Counted from the first letter of the stretch, positions 21,363-39,530 are shown. The stretch is 64,000 nt of DNA from Escherichia coli O127:H6 str. E2348/69 (GCF_000026545.1 NC_011601.1), one strand, 5' to 3'. The notes: a model not told the origin generated them from the letters alone. A program made the numbers and translations.

Positions 21363-22856
21363 ATGGACGCCATGAAATATAACGATTTACGCGACTTCTT
21401 GACGCTGCTTGAACAGCAGGGTGAGCTAAAACGTATCACGCTCCCGGTGGATCCGCACCTGGAAATCACTGAAATTGCTGACCGCACTTTGCGTGCCGGT
21501 GGGCCTGCGCTGTTGTTCGAAAACCCTAAAGGCTACTCAATGCCGGTGCTGTGCAACCTGTTCGGTACGCCAAAGCGCGTGGCGATGGGCATGGGGCAGG
21601 AAGATGTTTCGGCGCTGCGTGAAGTTGGTAAATTATTGGCGTTTCTGAAAGAGCCGGAGCCGCCAAAAGGTTTCCGCGACCTGTTTGATAAACTGCCGCA
21701 GTTTAAGCAAGTATTGAACATGCCGACAAAGCGACTGCGTGGTGCGCCCTGCCAACAAAAAATCGTCTCTGGCGATGACGTCGATCTCAATCGTATTCCC
21801 ATTATGACCTGCTGGCCGGAAGATGCCGCGCCGCTGATTACCTGGGGGCTCACCGTAACGCGCGGCCCGCATAAAGAGCGGCAGAATCTGGGCATTTATC
21901 GCCAGCAGCTAATTGGTAAAAACAAACTGATTATGCGCTGGCTGTCGCATCGCGGCGGCGCGTTGGATTATCAGGAGTGGTGTGCGGCGCATCCGGGCGA
22001 ACGTTTCCCGGTTTCTGTGGCGCTGGGTGCTGATCCCTCCACGATTCTCGGTGCAGTCACCCCCGTTCCGGATACGCTTTCAGAGTATGCGTTTGCCGGA
22101 TTGCTACGCGGCACCAAAACCGAAGTAGTAAAGTGTATCTCCAATGACCTTGAAGTGCCCGCCAGTGCGGAGATTGTGCTGGAAGGGTATATCGAACAAG
22201 GTGAAACGGCGCCGGAAGGGCCGTATGGCGACCACACCGGTTACTATAACGAAGTCGATAGTTTCCCGGTATTTACCGTGACGCATATTACCCAGCGTGA
22301 AGATGCGATTTACCATTCCACCTATACCGGGCGTCCGCCAGATGAACCCGCGGTACTGGGCGTGGCGTTGAACGAAGTGTTCGTGCCGATTCTGCAAAAA
22401 CAGTTCCCGGAAATTGTCGATTTTTACCTGCCGCCGGAAGGCTGTTCTTATCGCCTGGCGGTAGTGACAATCAAAAAACAGTACGCCGGACATGCGAAGC
22501 GCGTCATGATGGGGGTCTGGTCATTCTTACGCCAGTTTATGTACACTAAGTTCGTGATCGTCTGCGATGATGATGTCAACGCACGCGACTGGAACGATGT
22601 GATTTGGGCAATTACCACCCGTATGGACCCGGCGCGGGATACTGTTCTGGTAGAAAATACGCCTATTGATTATCTGGATTTTGCCTCGCCTGTCTCCGGG
22701 CTGGGTTCAAAAATGGGGCTGGATGCCACGAATAAATGGCCGGGGGAAACCCAGCGTGAATGGGGACGTCCCATCAAAAAAGATCCAGATGTTGTCGCGC
22801 ATATTGACGCCATTTGGGATGAACTGGCTATTTTTAACAACGGTAAAAGCGCCTGA
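21363..22856 (+). CDS. ubiD: 3-octaprenyl-4-hydroxybenzoate decarboxylase
   Basis: 497-aa UbiD-family product. Confidence 0.95.
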   Translation: MDAMKYNDLRDFLTLLEQQGELKRITLPVDPHLEITEIADRTLRAGGPALLFENPKGYSMPVLCNLFGTPKRVAMGMGQEDVSALREVGKLLAFLKEPEPPKGFRDLFDKLPQFKQVLNMPTKRLRGAPCQQKIVSGDDVDLNRIPIMTCWPEDAAPLITWGLTVTRGPHKERQNLGIYRQQLIGKNKLIMRWLSHRGGALDYQEWCAAHPGERFPVSVALGADPSTILGAVTPVPDTLSEYAFAGLLRGTKTEVVKCISNDLEVPASAEIVLEGYIEQGETAPEGPYGDHTGYYNEVDSFPVFTVTHITQREDAIYHSTYTGRPPDEPAVLGVALNEVFVPILQKQFPEIVDFYLPPEGCSYRLAVVTIKKQYAGHAKRVMMGVWSFLRQFMYTKFVIVCDDDVNARDWNDVIWAITTRMDPARDTVLVENTPIDYLDFASPVSGLGSKMGLDATNKWPGETQREWGRPIKKDPDVVAHIDAIWDELAIFNNGKSA

Positions 22857-22901
22857 TGCGCGTTTGTTTTGCCCTATTTATCGATCCGACAGAGAAAGCG
22901 C

Positions 22902-23603
22902 ATGACAACCTTAAGCTGTAAAGTGACCTCGGTAGAAGCTATCACGGATACCGTATATCGTGTCCGCATCGTGCCAGACGCGGCCTTTTCTTTTCGTGCT
23001 GGTCAGTATTTGATGGTAGTGATGGATGAGCGCGACAAACGTCCGTTCTCAATGGCTTCGACGCCAGATGAAAAAGGGTTTATCGAGCTGCATATTGGCG
23101 CTTCTGAAATCAACCTTTACGCGAAAGCAGTCATGGACCGCATCCTCAAAGATCATCAAATCGTGGTCGATATTCCCCACGGAGAAGCGTGGCTGCGCGA
23201 TGATGAAGAGCGTCCGATGATTTTGATTGCGGGCGGCACCGGGTTCTCTTATGCCCGCTCGATTTTGCTGACGGCGCTGGCGCGTAACCCAAACCGTGAT
23301 ATCACCATTTACTGGGGCGGGCGTGAAGAGCAGCATCTGTATGATCTCTGCGAGCTTGAGGCGCTTTCGTTGAAGCATCCTGGTCTACAAGTGGTGCCGG
23401 TGGTTGAACAACCGGAAGCGGGCTGGCGTGGGCGTACTGGCACCGTGTTAACGGCGGTATTGCAGGATCATGGTACGCTGGCAGAGCATGATATCTATAT
23501 TGCCGGACGTTTTGAGATGGCGAAAATTGCCCGTGACCTGTTTTGCAGCGAGCGTAATGCGCGGGAAGATCGCCTGTTTGGCGATGCGTTTGCATTTATC
23601 TGA
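22902..23603 (+). CDS. fre: NAD(P)H-flavin reductase
   Basis: Start at [14 protein letters not shown] (ATG 22902), 233 aa. Confidence 0.95.
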
Positions 23604-23689
23604 GATATAAAAAAACCCGCCCCTGACAGGCGGGAAGAACGGCAACTAAAACTTTATTCAGTGGCATTTAGATCTATGTCGCATCCGGC

Positions 23690-23880
23690 AATTGGTGCAC
23701 GATGCCTGATGCGACGCTGGCGCGTCTTATCAGGCCTACATTGGTGCCGGATCGGTAGACCGGATAAGGCGTTCACGCCGTATCCGGCATACAGTGCCCG
23801 ATGCGACGCTGCCGCGTCTTATCGGGCCTACAAAAGTTCTGAACCGTAGACCGGATAAGGCGTTCACGCCGCATCCGGCA
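23690..23880. repeat. Cluster of REP (repetitive extragenic palindromic) elements
   Basis: Repeated GCCTGATGCGACGCTGGCGCGTCTTATCAGGCCTAC / CCGGATAAGGCGTTCACGCCGCATCCGGCA units in alternating orientation between fre and fadA. Confidence 0.8.
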
Positions 23881-23885
23881 AGTGG

Positions 23886-25058
<1,173 letters not shown>

Positions 25059-27248
25059 TTAAGCCGTTTTCAGGTCGCCAACCGGACGGGCTGGCTCAAC
25101 CGGGGGATAGTACGGTTCGTTATGACGTGCTTTATTACGCAGACCTTCCGGTACTTCATACAGCGGGCCGAGGTGCTGATATTGCTGTGCCATATCGAGG
25201 TATTTTGCGCTGCCGAGGGTGTCCAGCCAGCGGAACGCGCCGCCGTGGAACGGAGGGAAGCCCAGGCCGTAGACCAGCGCCATATCCGCTTCTGCCGGAG
25301 TGGCGATAATGCCCTCTTCCAGACAGCGGACCACTTCGTTGACCATCGGGATCATCATGCGGGCGATAATCTCTTCTTCGCTGAAATCGCGCTTCGGCTG
25401 GCTCACTTCTGCCAGCAGGTCGTCAACAGCGGCGTCTTCTTCTTTCTTCGGCTTACCTTTGCTGTCTTCTTTATAACGCCAGAAACCGAGGCCGTTCTTC
25501 TGACCAAAGCGGTTGGCATTAAACAGCGCGTCGATGGCATCGCGATAATCTTTCTGCATCCGCTGCGGGAAGCCTGCTGCCATGACTGCCTGGGCATGAT
25601 GTGCGGTGTCAATGCCCACAACATCCAGCAGATATGCCGGACCCATCGGCCAGCCAAACTGTTTTTCCATCACTTTGTCGATCTTGCGGAAATCCGCGCC
25701 GTCGCGCAGCAACTGGCTGAAACCGGCGAAATAGGGGAACAGTACACGGTTGACGAAGAAGCCGGGGCAGTCGTTGACCACAATCGGCGTCTTGCCCATC
25801 TTGCTCGCCCAGGCGACGACTTTCGCGATGGTTTCGTCGGAGCTTTTCTCGCCGCGAATAATTTCCACCAACGGCATCCGGTGCACCGGGTTAAAGAAGT
25901 GCATCCCGCAGAAGTTTTCCGGACGTTCCAGCGCGTTGGCCAGTTCGCTGATAGGAATGGTTGAAGTGTTAGACGCCAGCACGGTATCCGGGCGTACTTT
26001 CTGCTCGGTTTCTGCCAGCACGGCTTTTTTCACTTTCGGGTTTTCAACAACCGCTTCTACCACAACATCCACGCGGTCAAACCCGGCGTAGTCGAGCGTT
26101 GGGTGAATTGTGGAGATCACGCCAGCCAGTTTCAGACCATCGATCTTGCCGCGCTCAAGCTGCTTGTTCAGCAGTTTCGCGGCTTCGGTCATGCCGAGGG
26201 TTAACGACTTGTCGTTGATATCTTTCATGACAACCGGCACGTCTTTCCACGCAGACTGGTAGGCGATGCCGCCGCCCATAATGCCTGTGCCCAGCACAGC
26301 GGCCTGTTTCGGGGTTTCAACATCTTTGGTGAGTTTCTTCGCTTTACCTTTTACATATTGATCGTTAAGGAAAATGCCGACCAGTGCGCGGGCTTCGTTG
26401 GTATGCGCCAGCGGGACAAAACTTTTGTTTTCCAGGTTTAAGGCTTCTTCACGACCAAAACGGGCCGCCGCTTCAATGGTTTTTACTGCGGTGATGGGGG
26501 CCGGATAATGTTTCCCCGCCGTTTGCGCGACCATCCCTTTAGCGATGGTGAAGCTCATGGCGGCTTCAATCTTGCTCAGTTTTAGCGGTTCCAGCTTCGG
26601 CTGACGTTTTGCTTTCCAGTCGAGGTCGCCGTTAATGGCCTGGCGTAAAATCGCCATCGCCCCTTCAACCAGTTTTTCTGCTTTGACTACACCATCCACC
26701 AGACCGATTTTCAGCGCCTGATCCGCGCCGACATCTTTACCGGCGGCAATGATTTCCAGCGCACTGTCAGCACCGAGCATACGTGGCATACGTACAGAAC
26801 CGCCAAAGCCCGGCATGATGCCCAGTTTGGTTTCCGGCAGACCGATGCGCAGATCCGGCGTCGCCAGACGATAATCGGTCGCCAGCACGCATTCGCAGCC
26901 ACCGCCCAGCGCATAGCCGTTGACGGCAGCAATGGTCGGCACCGGGAGATCTTCCAGGCGATTAAACACGCTATTGGCAAAGTGCAGCCACTGACTTAAC
27001 TGTTCTTCAGGAACGAGGAACAGGGACAAAAATTCGGTGATATCAGCACCGACGATAAAGGCTGCTTTGTTCGAACGCAGCAGCAGCCCTTTTAGATCTG
27101 ATTGCTGTTCCAGCACGCCGATGGCCTCGCCGAGGCTGGCGACGGTGGCAGTGTCGAGTTTATTAACTGAACCTGGGGCATCAAATACCAGTTCGGCAAT
27201 GCCATCTTCCAGCCAGTCAAGGTACAGGGTGTCGCCTTTGTAAAGCAT
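25059..27248 (-). CDS. fadB: Fatty-acid oxidation complex alpha subunit (enoyl-CoA hydratase/3-hydroxyacyl-CoA dehydrogenase)
   Basis: Start chosen at [23 protein letters not shown] (ATG 27248), 729 aa; the longer six-frame ORF start is rejected. Confidence 0.95.
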
Positions 27249-27273
27249 GTCAGTCTCCTGAATCCGCAAGGTG

Positions 27274-27290
27274 ATCTGGTCGTACCAGAT
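27274..27290. promoter_or_regulatory. FadR operator in fadBA promoter
   Basis: Palindrome ATCTGGTCGTACCAGAT 26 bp upstream of the fadB start, matching the FadR consensus half-sites. Confidence 0.6.
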
Positions 27291-27437
27291 GCATCGAAGT
27301 GTGTATTTTGTGTTAAAAATATGCAAATAAAATATTAAGGAAATGCCGATCTGATCACGCTCGGCAGAAATCACGCTCTGGATGAACGATGTGCTAATAT
27401 GCGGAGACTTAAGGTCAAAAAAACAGAAGGGTAAAAA

Positions 27438-28769
27438 ATGGAATCACTGGCCTCGCTCTATAAAAATCATATAGCTACCTTACAGGAACGGACTCGCGAT
27501 GCGCTGGCGCGCTTCAAGCTGGATGCGTTACTTATTCACTCCGGCGAACTGTTCAACGTTTTTCTCGACGATCATCCCTATCCGTTTAAAGTGAACCCGC
27601 AATTCAAAGCGTGGGTGCCAGTAACTCAGGTGCCAAACTGCTGGCTGCTGGTGGATGGCGTGAATAAGCCGAAACTGTGGTTCTATCTGCCGGTTGATTA
27701 CTGGCACAACGTCGAACCGCTGCCGAACTCCTTCTGGACTGAAGATGTAGAAGTGATCGCGCTGCCGAAAGCCGATGGCATTGGTAGTCTGTTGCCTGCT
27801 GCGCGCGGCAATATCGGTTATATCGGTCCGGTGCCAGAACGTGCGCTGCAACTGGGTATTGAGGCCAGCAATATCAACCCGAAAGGGGTGATCGACTACC
27901 TGCATTACTATCGCTCCTTCAAAACCGAGTACGAACTGGCCTGTATGCGTGAAGCGCAGAAAATGGCGGTCAACGGTCATCGCGCGGCAGAAGAAGCGTT
28001 CCGTTCTGGCATGAGCGAGTTCGATATCAACATTGCCTATCTGACCGCGACCGGTCATCGTGATACCGACGTACCTTATAGCAACATTGTGGCGCTTAAC
28101 GAACACGCTGCGGTGTTGCATTACACCAAACTGGACCACCAGGCACCGGAAGAGATGCGCAGCTTCCTGCTGGATGCCGGGGCCGAATATAACGGCTATG
28201 CGGCTGATCTAACCCGTACCTGGTCGGCAAAAAGCGACAACGACTACGCACAGCTGGTGAAAGACGTAAATGATGAGCAACTGGCGCTGATCGCCACCAT
28301 GAAAGCAGGCGTCAGCTATGTGGATTACCATATCCAGTTCCATCAGCGCATCGCCAAACTGCTGCGTAAACATCAAATCATCACCGATATGAGTGAAGAA
28401 GCGATGGTCGAAAACGATCTCACCGGACCGTTTATGCCGCACGGTATCGGCCATCCGCTGGGCCTGCAGGTGCATGACGTAGCCGGTTTTATGCAGGATG
28501 ATAGCGGTACGCACCTCGCGGCACCGGCAAAATATCCGTACCTGCGCTGCACCCGTATTCTCCAGCCGGGCATGGTGTTAACCATCGAACCGGGTATCTA
28601 CTTCATCGAATCGCTTCTGGCACCGTGGCGTGAAGGGCAGTTCAGCAAACACTTCAACTGGCAGAAAATTGAAGCACTGAAACCGTTCGGCGGCATTCGT
28701 ATCGAAGACAACGTGGTGATTCACGAAAACAACGTGGAAAACATGACCCGGGATCTGAAACTGGCGTGA
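27438..28769 (+). CDS. pepQ: Xaa-Pro dipeptidase (prolidase)
   Basis: 443-aa M24-family peptidase, divergent from fadB. Confidence 0.95.
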
Positions 28770-29383
28770 TGGAAAGCTGGTTAATTCCTGCGGCACCGGT
28801 CACGGTCGTTGAAGAGATCAAAAAGAGCCGCTTCATTACGCTGTTGGAGCATACCGATGGCGTTGAGGCGGCAAAAGCGTTTGTTGAATCGGTGCGGGCA
28901 GAACACCCCGATGCCCGCCACCATTGCGTGGCGTGGGTGGCGGGTGCGCCGGATGATTCTCAACAGCTGGGTTTCTCTGACGACGGGGAGCCGGCGGGAA
29001 CGGCAGGTAAACCGATGCTCGCCCAACTAATGGGCAGCGGCGTCGGGGAAATTACCGCTGTGGTGGTGCGCTACTACGGCGGCATATTGCTTGGCACCGG
29101 TGGGTTAGTGAAAGCGTATGGCGGCGGCGTGAATCAGGCGCTGCGCCAGCTAACGACCCAACGCAAGACACCATTAACCGAATATACTTTGCAATGTGAA
29201 TATAGTCAGTTAACCGGCATTGAAGCGTTGCTGGGGCAGTGTGACGGCAAAATTATTAACAGTGATTATCAGGCATTCGTTCTGCTGCGGGTGGCGCTTC
29301 CGGCGGCGAAAGTGGCTGAATTTTCCGCAAAGCTGGCGGATTTTAGCCGTGGTTCATTGCAATTGTTAGCGATTGAAGAATAA
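28769..29383 (+). CDS. yigZ: IMPACT-family protein YigZ
   Basis: [22 protein letters not shown]...; start overlaps pepQ stop. Confidence 0.9.
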   Translation: MESWLIPAAPVTVVEEIKKSRFITLLEHTDGVEAAKAFVESVRAEHPDARHHCVAWVAGAPDDSQQLGFSDDGEPAGTAGKPMLAQLMGSGVGEITAVVVRYYGGILLGTGGLVKAYGGGVNQALRQLTTQRKTPLTEYTLQCEYSQLTGIEALLGQCDGKIINSDYQAFVLLRVALPAAKVAEFSAKLADFSRGSLQLLAIEE

Positions 29384-29421
29384 TCCCCACTTCGTTTTGC
29401 AGAACTAAGGAAGCGGCAGAG

Positions 29422-30873
29422 ATGCATTTTCGCGCCATTACCCGAATCGTTGGACTACTGGTCATCTTATTTTCAGGGACCATGATTATCCCTGGGCTGG
29501 TAGCACTCATCTACCGGGATGGAGCGGGCCGCGCTTTTACCCAGACCTTTTTTGTCGCCCTCGCCATTGGCTCTATGCTTTGGTGGCCGAACCGCAAAGA
29601 GAAGGGCGAACTGAAATCCCGTGAGGGGTTTCTGATAGTGGTGCTGTTCTGGACCGTGCTGGGTAGCGTCGGTGCGCTCCCTTTTATCTTCTCGGAAAGC
29701 CCGAACCTCACGATTACCGATGCGTTTTTTGAATCTTTCTCTGGCCTGACCACCACGGGGGCCACTACGCTGGTGGGGCTGGATTCGCTCCCTCATGCCA
29801 TCCTCTTTTATCGCCAGATGCTGCAATGGTTTGGCGGTATGGGGATCATCGTGCTGGCGGTTGCGATACTGCCTATCCTCGGCGTGGGTGGGATGCAGCT
29901 CTATCGCGCAGAAATGCCCGGCCCGCTGAAAGATAACAAAATGCGCCCGCGAATTGCGGAAACGGCGAAAACCCTGTGGTTGATTTATGTCTTGCTGACC
30001 GTCGCCTGTGCGCTGGCGTTGTGGTTTGCTGGAATGGATGCCTTTGATGCCATCGGCCATAGCTTTGCGACTATCGCTATTGGCGGCTTCTCGACACATG
30101 ATGCCAGTATCGGTTATTTCGACAGCCCGACTATTAACACTATCATTGCTATCTTCCTGCTGATCTCTGGCTGTAACTACGGTCTGCACTTTTCACTGTT
30201 AAGTGGGCGTAGTCTGAAGGTTTATTGGCGCGATCCGGAATTTCGCATGTTTATCGGCGTACAGTTTTCACTGGTGGTTATTTGTACACTCGTACTGTGG
30301 TTTCATAATGTCTACAGTTCGGCGCTGATGACAATTAACCAGGCGTTTTTCCAGGTGGTGTCGATGGCGACAACCGCCGGGTTTACAACTGACAGCATTG
30401 CCCGCTGGCCGCTCTTTTTGCCGGTACTGCTTTTATGTTCAGCTTTTATCGGCGGTTGTGCCGGGTCAACGGGCGGTGGCCTGAAAGTGATCCGCATCCT
30501 GCTGCTGTTTAAGCAGGGGAACCGTGAGCTGAAACGACTGGTGCATCCGAACGCCGTCTATAGCATTAAGCTGGGGAATCGCGCACTGCCGGAACGTATC
30601 CTCGAAGCCGTTTGGGGATTTTTCTCCGCCTATGCATTGGTGTTTATTGTCAGTATGCTGGCGATTATCGCCACGGGCGTGGATGACTTTTCTGCCTTTG
30701 CCTCGGTTGTTGCAACATTGAATAACCTGGGGCCAGGGCTTGGCGTGGTTGCTGATAACTTTACCAGTATGAACCCGGTGGCTAAATGGATCCTGATTGC
30801 CAACATGCTGTTTGGTCGTCTCGAGGTCTTTACATTGCTGGTGCTCTTTACCCCGACTTTCTGGCGTGAATGA
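29422..30873 (+). CDS. trkH: Potassium uptake protein TrkH
   Basis: 483-aa polytopic membrane protein. Confidence 0.95.
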   Translation: MHFRAITRIVGLLVILFSGTMIIPGLVALIYRDGAGRAFTQTFFVALAIGSMLWWPNRKEKGELKSREGFLIVVLFWTVLGSVGALPFIFSESPNLTITDAFFESFSGLTTTGATTLVGLDSLPHAILFYRQMLQWFGGMGIIVLAVAILPILGVGGMQLYRAEMPGPLKDNKMRPRIAETAKTLWLIYVLLTVACALALWFAGMDAFDAIGHSFATIAIGGFSTHDASIGYFDSPTINTIIAIFLLISGCNYGLHFSLLSGRSLKVYWRDPEFRMFIGVQFSLVVICTLVLWFHNVYSSALMTINQAFFQVVSMATTAGFTTDSIARWPLFLPVLLLCSAFIGGCAGSTGGGLKVIRILLLFKQGNRELKRLVHPNAVYSIKLGNRALPERILEAVWGFFSAYALVFIVSMLAIIATGVDDFSAFASVVATLNNLGPGLGVVADNFTSMNPVAKWILIANMLFGRLEVFTLLVLFTPTFWRE

Positions 30874-30884
30874 TGGAGTAATAC

Positions 30885-31430
30885 GTGAAAACATTAATTC
30901 TTTTCTCAACAAGGGACGGACAAACGCGCGAGATTGCCTCCTACCTGGCTTCGGAACTGAAAGAACTGGGGATCCAGGCGGATGTCGCCAATGTGCACCG
31001 CATTGAAGAACCACAATGGGAAAACTATGACCGTGTGGTTATTGGCGCTTCTATTCGCTATGGTCACTACCATTCTGCGTTCCAGGAATTTGTCAAAAAG
31101 CATGCGACGCGGTTGAATTCGATGCCGAGTGCCTTTTACTCCGTAAATCTGGTGGCGCGTAAACCGGAGAAGCGTACTCCACAGACCAACAGCTACGCGC
31201 GGAAGTTTCTGATGAACTCGCAATGGCGTCCCGATCGCTGTGCCGTCATTGCCGGGGCGCTGCGTTACCCACGTTATCGCTGGTACGACCGTTTTATGAT
31301 CAAGCTGATTATGAAGATGTCAGGCGGTGAAACGGATACGCGCAAAGAAGTTGTCTATACCGATTGGGAGCAGGTGGCGAATTTCGCCCGAGAAATCGCC
31401 CATTTAACCGACAAACCGACGCTGAAATAA
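30885..31430 (+). CDS. hemG: Menaquinone-dependent protoporphyrinogen oxidase HemG (flavodoxin-like; GTG start)
   Basis: [22 protein letters not shown]..., 181 aa. Confidence 0.9.
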   Translation: MKTLILFSTRDGQTREIASYLASELKELGIQADVANVHRIEEPQWENYDRVVIGASIRYGHYHSAFQEFVKKHATRLNSMPSAFYSVNLVARKPEKRTPQTNSYARKFLMNSQWRPDRCAVIAGALRYPRYRWYDRFMIKLIMKMSGGETDTRKEVVYTDWEQVANFAREIAHLTDKPTLK

Positions 31431-31479
31431 GCATAAAGAATAAAAAATGCGCGGTCAGAAAATTATTTTAAATTTCCTC

Positions 31480-31507
31480 TTGTCAGGCCGGAATAACTCC
31501 CTATAAT
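31480..31507 (+). promoter_or_regulatory. rrn P1 promoter (-35 TTGTCA, 16-bp spacer, -10 TATAAT) with AT-rich UP element upstream
   Basis: TTGTCAGGCCGGAATAACTCCCTATAATGCGCCACC matches the canonical rrn P1. Confidence 0.85.
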
Positions 31508-31598
31508 GCGCCACCACTGACACGGAACAACGGCAAGCACGCCGCCGGGTCAGCGGGGTTCTCCTGAGAATCTCAACAGAGAAAAGCAAAAAAAATGC

Positions 31599-31626
31599 TT
31601 GACTCTGTAGCGGGAAAGCGTATTAT
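31599..31626 (+). promoter_or_regulatory. rrn P2 promoter (-35 TTGACT, -10 TATTAT)
   Basis: TTGACTCTGTAGCGGGAAAGCGTATTATGC. Confidence 0.8.
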
Positions 31627-31662
31627 GCACACCCCGCCCGCTGAGAAAAAGCGAAGCGGCAC

Positions 31663-31682
31663 TGCTCTTTAACAATTTATCA
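31663..31682 (+). other. rrn leader boxA antitermination element
   Basis: TGCTCTTTAACAATTTATCA. Confidence 0.85.
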
Positions 31683-31806
31683 GACAATCTGTGTGGGCAC
31701 TCGAAGATACGGATTCTTAACGTCGCAAGACGAAAAATGAATACCAAGTCTCAGGAGTGAACACGTAATTCATTACGAAGTTTAATTCTTTGAGCATCAA
31801 ACTTTT

Positions 31807-33348
<1,542 letters not shown>

Positions 33349-33416
33349 CCTTAAAGAAGCGTACTTTGAAGTGCTCACACAGATTGTCTGATGAAAATGA
33401 GCAGTAAAACCTCTAC

Positions 33417-33493
<77 letters not shown>

Positions 33494-33535
33494 AATTTGC
33501 ACCGCAAATTTGAAGAGGTTTTAACTACATGTTAT

Positions 33536-33611
33536 GGGGCTATAGCTCAGCTGGGAGAGCGCCTGCTTTGCACGCAGGAGGTCTGCGGTTCGATCCCGCA
33601 TAGCTCCACCA
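33536..33611 (+). tRNA. alaT: tRNA-Ala (TGC anticodon), spacer tRNA
   Basis: GGGGCTATAGCTCAGCTGGGAGAGCGCCTGCTTTGCACGCAGGAGGTCTGCGGTTCGATCCCGCATAGCTCCACCA. Confidence 0.95.
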
Positions 33612-33794
33612 TCTCTGTAGTGATTAAATAAAAAATACTTCAGAGTGTACCTGCAAAGGTTCACTGCGAAGTTTTGCTCTTTAAAAATCTGGATCAAGCT
33701 GAAAATTGAAACACTGAACAACGAGAGTTGTTCGTGAGTCTCTCAAATTTTCGCAACACGATGATGGATCGCAAGAAACATCTTCGGGTTGTGA

Positions 33795-36698
<2,904 letters not shown>

Positions 36699-36796
36699 AC
36701 AACGCCGAAGATGTTTTGGCGGATTGAGAGAAGATTTTCAGCCTGATACAGATTAAATCGACAGGTCATAACGTGACGTGTTGATAAAACAGAATT

Positions 36797-36916
36797 TGCC
36801 TGGCGGCCTTAGCGCGGTGGTCCCACCTGACCCCATGCCGAACTCAGAAGTGAAACGCCGTAGCGCCGATGGTAGTGTGGGGTCTCCCCATGCGAGAGTA
36901 GGGAACTGCCAGGCAT
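36797..36916 (+). rRNA. rrfA: 5S ribosomal RNA (120 nt)
   Basis: TGCCTGGCGGCCTTAGCGCGGTGG...GGAACTGCCAGGCAT. Confidence 0.97.
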
Positions 36917-36928
36917 CAAATTTAGCGA

Positions 36929-36958
36929 AAGGCCCAGTCGGAAGACTGGGCTTTTTTG
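36929..36958 (+). terminator. rrn operon rho-independent terminator
   Basis: GGCCCAGTC-GGAAG-ACTGGGC followed by TTTTTT; a REP element follows. Confidence 0.85.
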
Positions 36959-37018
36959 CGTTGGTGCGGAATAAATACCGGATGCGACGCTGGCGCGTCT
37001 TATCCAGCCTACTTTTGC

Positions 37019-37546
37019 TTATCCGTCCTGCTTTTGCATCCACTCCACCACAAAATCAGCCAGCCCCTCAACATCATTAATATCCAGTAACGCGACATCA
37101 AGATTAAGCGGCACATCACTGGCTACAGCAATAACATGCCTGTCTATCACTAATTCTTCCGGTCGATGTCCGGCTCCATCGCGAAACAGCACAATCTTTG
37201 CGATCTCTTCATGCTTAAACCCTTCGACCAGAATCAAATCCAGCTTTGAGGTATCCATTCGACTTGCGAGAAAATGTAGATCCAGCTCTTCTTCGTCTGG
37301 TGTTTCCGTCATCAAGGCCCATCGTTGCTGGCTGGCAACGATGGTTTGTGCCGCGCCAGCCTTGCGCAGCTCATAGCTATCTTTGCCTGGCTTATCAACA
37401 TCCATATCATGGTGCGTATGCTTAATCAGCCCTGGACGGATCCCTCTGGCGCATAATGCCGGGATCAGTTTTTTCAAAAGCGTAGTTTTTCCGGTACCAC
37501 TCCACGCGGCAAAGGCGAGTAACGGTATCATCGTTTTTCCTGCCAT
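37019..37546 (-). CDS. mobB: Molybdopterin-guanine dinucleotide biosynthesis adapter protein MobB
   Basis: 175 aa, P-loop GTGKTT. Confidence 0.9.
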   Translation of the reverse strand: MAGKTMIPLLAFAAWSGTGKTTLLKKLIPALCARGIRPGLIKHTHHDMDVDKPGKDSYELRKAGAAQTIVASQQRWALMTETPDEEELDLHFLASRMDTSKLDLILVEGFKHEEIAKIVLFRDGAGHRPEELVIDRHVIAVASDVPLNLDVALLDINDVEGLADFVVEWMQKQDG

Positions 37547-38112
37547 CGGGCAAGCTCCTCTGGCGTATTCACGTTTATAAATGCCTCTTTACGATCGCTG
37601 AAATCAACCGCATGACCGCCAGCCAGACGCATAAATGCCATAACCCGGCGTTCTCCTGCTTGCAGATATTCCAGTAATAAAGGCTCAATTGCGCGGTTTA
37701 CCAGAGCAATAGTCGGGTGATCGCGTTCACCGTCGTGGACCCACACGACAGGCGTATCTTTGCGCTGATGATTAAGCCGGACGGCTAAATCATGGGGAAT
37801 GTAAGGCGTATCGCACGGGCAAAACAAAAACCACTCACCCGCTTCCTGCTGCATTACTGAAAGCATTCCTGCCAGAGGGCCAGGGTAATCCGCCAGTGAA
37901 TCTTCAATCACTTTCAGACCGCTTACCTGATAGATTTCCTGATGACGATTAGCATTAACCACGACGTGAGAAAGCTGCGTCATAAGCGCGTCAGCGACAT
38001 GCTGCCATAATGGTTTGCCGTTTAATTCAAGCAATCCTTTATCTACGCCGCCCATTCGTCTGGCTTTACCGCCCGCCAGCACAACGCCTGTTATCGTCGT
38101 CATCAGATTCAC
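37528..38112 (-). CDS. mobA: Molybdenum cofactor guanylyltransferase MobA
   Basis: 194 aa, overlaps mobB start. Confidence 0.9.
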   Translation of the reverse strand: MNLMTTITGVVLAGGKARRMGGVDKGLLELNGKPLWQHVADALMTQLSHVVVNANRHQEIYQVSGLKVIEDSLADYPGPLAGMLSVMQQEAGEWFLFCPCDTPYIPHDLAVRLNHQRKDTPVVWVHDGERDHPTIALVNRAIEPLLLEYLQAGERRVMAFMRLAGGHAVDFSDRKEAFINVNTPEELARWQEKR

Positions 38113-38181
38113 CGATATCGCCTCTTTTATTGTGGGATTGACCCTGCTAACGTGTCTGTCTCAAGAGTAAGGAGCATTACT

Positions 38182-38451
38182 ATGAAATGTAAACGTCTGA
38201 ATGAAGTTATTGAACTCCTCCAGCCAGCCTGGCAAAAAGACCCAGACCTTAACCTGCTGCAATTTTTGCAGAAACTGGCGAAAGAGTCAGGTTTTGACGG
38301 CGAACTGGCGGATTTGACGGATGACATTCTGATCTATCACCTGAAAATGCGTGATTCCGCGAAAGATGCGGTGATCCCGGGTTTGCAGAAAGATTATGAA
38401 GAAGATTTCAAAACGGCGCTATTACGCGCACGTGGCGTAATTAAAGAGTAA
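38182..38451 (+). CDS. yihD: Small conserved protein YihD (DUF1040)
   Basis: Start at [18 protein letters not shown] (ATG 38182), 89 aa. Confidence 0.85.
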   Translation: MKCKRLNEVIELLQPAWQKDPDLNLLQFLQKLAKESGFDGELADLTDDILIYHLKMRDSAKDAVIPGLQKDYEEDFKTALLRARGVIKE

Positions 38452-38527
38452 AAGCTTGTAAGCGGCGCAACCAAAATCATCGTGAAATGATATCCTTCAT
38501 CATTCGTAATGTTTTCCGGATGATGGG

Positions 38528-39514
38528 ATGAACAACAGCGCTTTTACTTTCCAGACACTACACCCGGATACCATCATGGACGCTCTGTTTGAGCATGGGA
38601 TTCGGGTGGATTCCGGTCTTACCCCGCTTAACAGCTATGAAAACCGTGTCTATCAATTTCAGGACGAAGATCGTCGACGTTTTGTCGTCAAATTTTATCG
38701 CCCTGAACGTTGGACAGCCGATCAAATCCTCGAAGAACATCAATTTGCGTTGCAGCTGGTTAACGATGAAGTTCCGGTCGCAGCACCTGTGGCCTTTAAT
38801 GGTCAGACTTTATTGAACCATCAGGGATTTTATTTCGCTGTTTTTCCAAGCGTCGGTGGTCGCCAGTTCGAAGCTGATAATATCGATCAGATGGAAGCGG
38901 TTGGGCGTTATTTAGGGCGTATGCACCAGACGGGGCGCAAACAGCTTTTTATCCATCGCCCGACCATCGGTTTGAATGAATATCTCATTGAGCCACGCAA
39001 GCTGTTTGAGGACGCTACACTGATACCTTCCGGGTTGAAAGCGGCATTTCTGAAAGCGACAGATGAGCTGATCGCCGCCGTTACAGCACACTGGCGGGAA
39101 GATTTCACCGTTCTGCGGCTACATGGAGACTGCCACGCCGGGAATATTCTCTGGCGCGATGGTCCAATGTTTGTTGATCTGGATGATGCACGTAATGGTC
39201 CGGCTATTCAGGATTTGTGGATGTTGCTCAATGGCGATAAAGCCGAGCAGCGGATGCAACTGGAAACTATTATTGAAGCTTATGAAGAATTTAGCGAGTT
39301 CGACACCGCTGAAATCGGACTGATTGAACCTTTACGCGCCATGCGTTTGGTTTATTATCTTGCCTGGCTAATGCGGCGTTGGGCTGATCCCGCGTTCCCG
39401 AAAAATTTCCCGTGGTTAACCGGGGAAGATTACTGGCTGCGACAGACGGCGACTTTTATAGAACAGGCAAAAGTTCTACAAGAACCCCCTTTGCAATTAA
39501 CACCTATGTATTAA
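38528..39514 (+). CDS. srkA: Stress-response Ser/Thr protein kinase SrkA (YihE)
   Basis: 328-aa eukaryotic-like kinase fold (HGDCHAGNILW). Confidence 0.9.
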   Translation: MNNSAFTFQTLHPDTIMDALFEHGIRVDSGLTPLNSYENRVYQFQDEDRRRFVVKFYRPERWTADQILEEHQFALQLVNDEVPVAAPVAFNGQTLLNHQGFYFAVFPSVGGRQFEADNIDQMEAVGRYLGRMHQTGRKQLFIHRPTIGLNEYLIEPRKLFEDATLIPSGLKAAFLKATDELIAAVTAHWREDFTVLRLHGDCHAGNILWRDGPMFVDLDDARNGPAIQDLWMLLNGDKAEQRMQLETIIEAYEEFSEFDTAEIGLIEPLRAMRLVYYLAWLMRRWADPAFPKNFPWLTGEDYWLRQTATFIEQAKVLQEPPLQLTPMY

Positions 39515-39530
39515 TCGGAGAGAGTAGATC

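Noticed and set aside
23690-23880. Possible CRISPR-like or mobile repeat array downstream of fre
   Set aside because: The units are imperfect palindromic REP elements in alternating orientation without unique spacers; the same holds for the repeats at 36978-37012, 46140-46235 and 49600-49745
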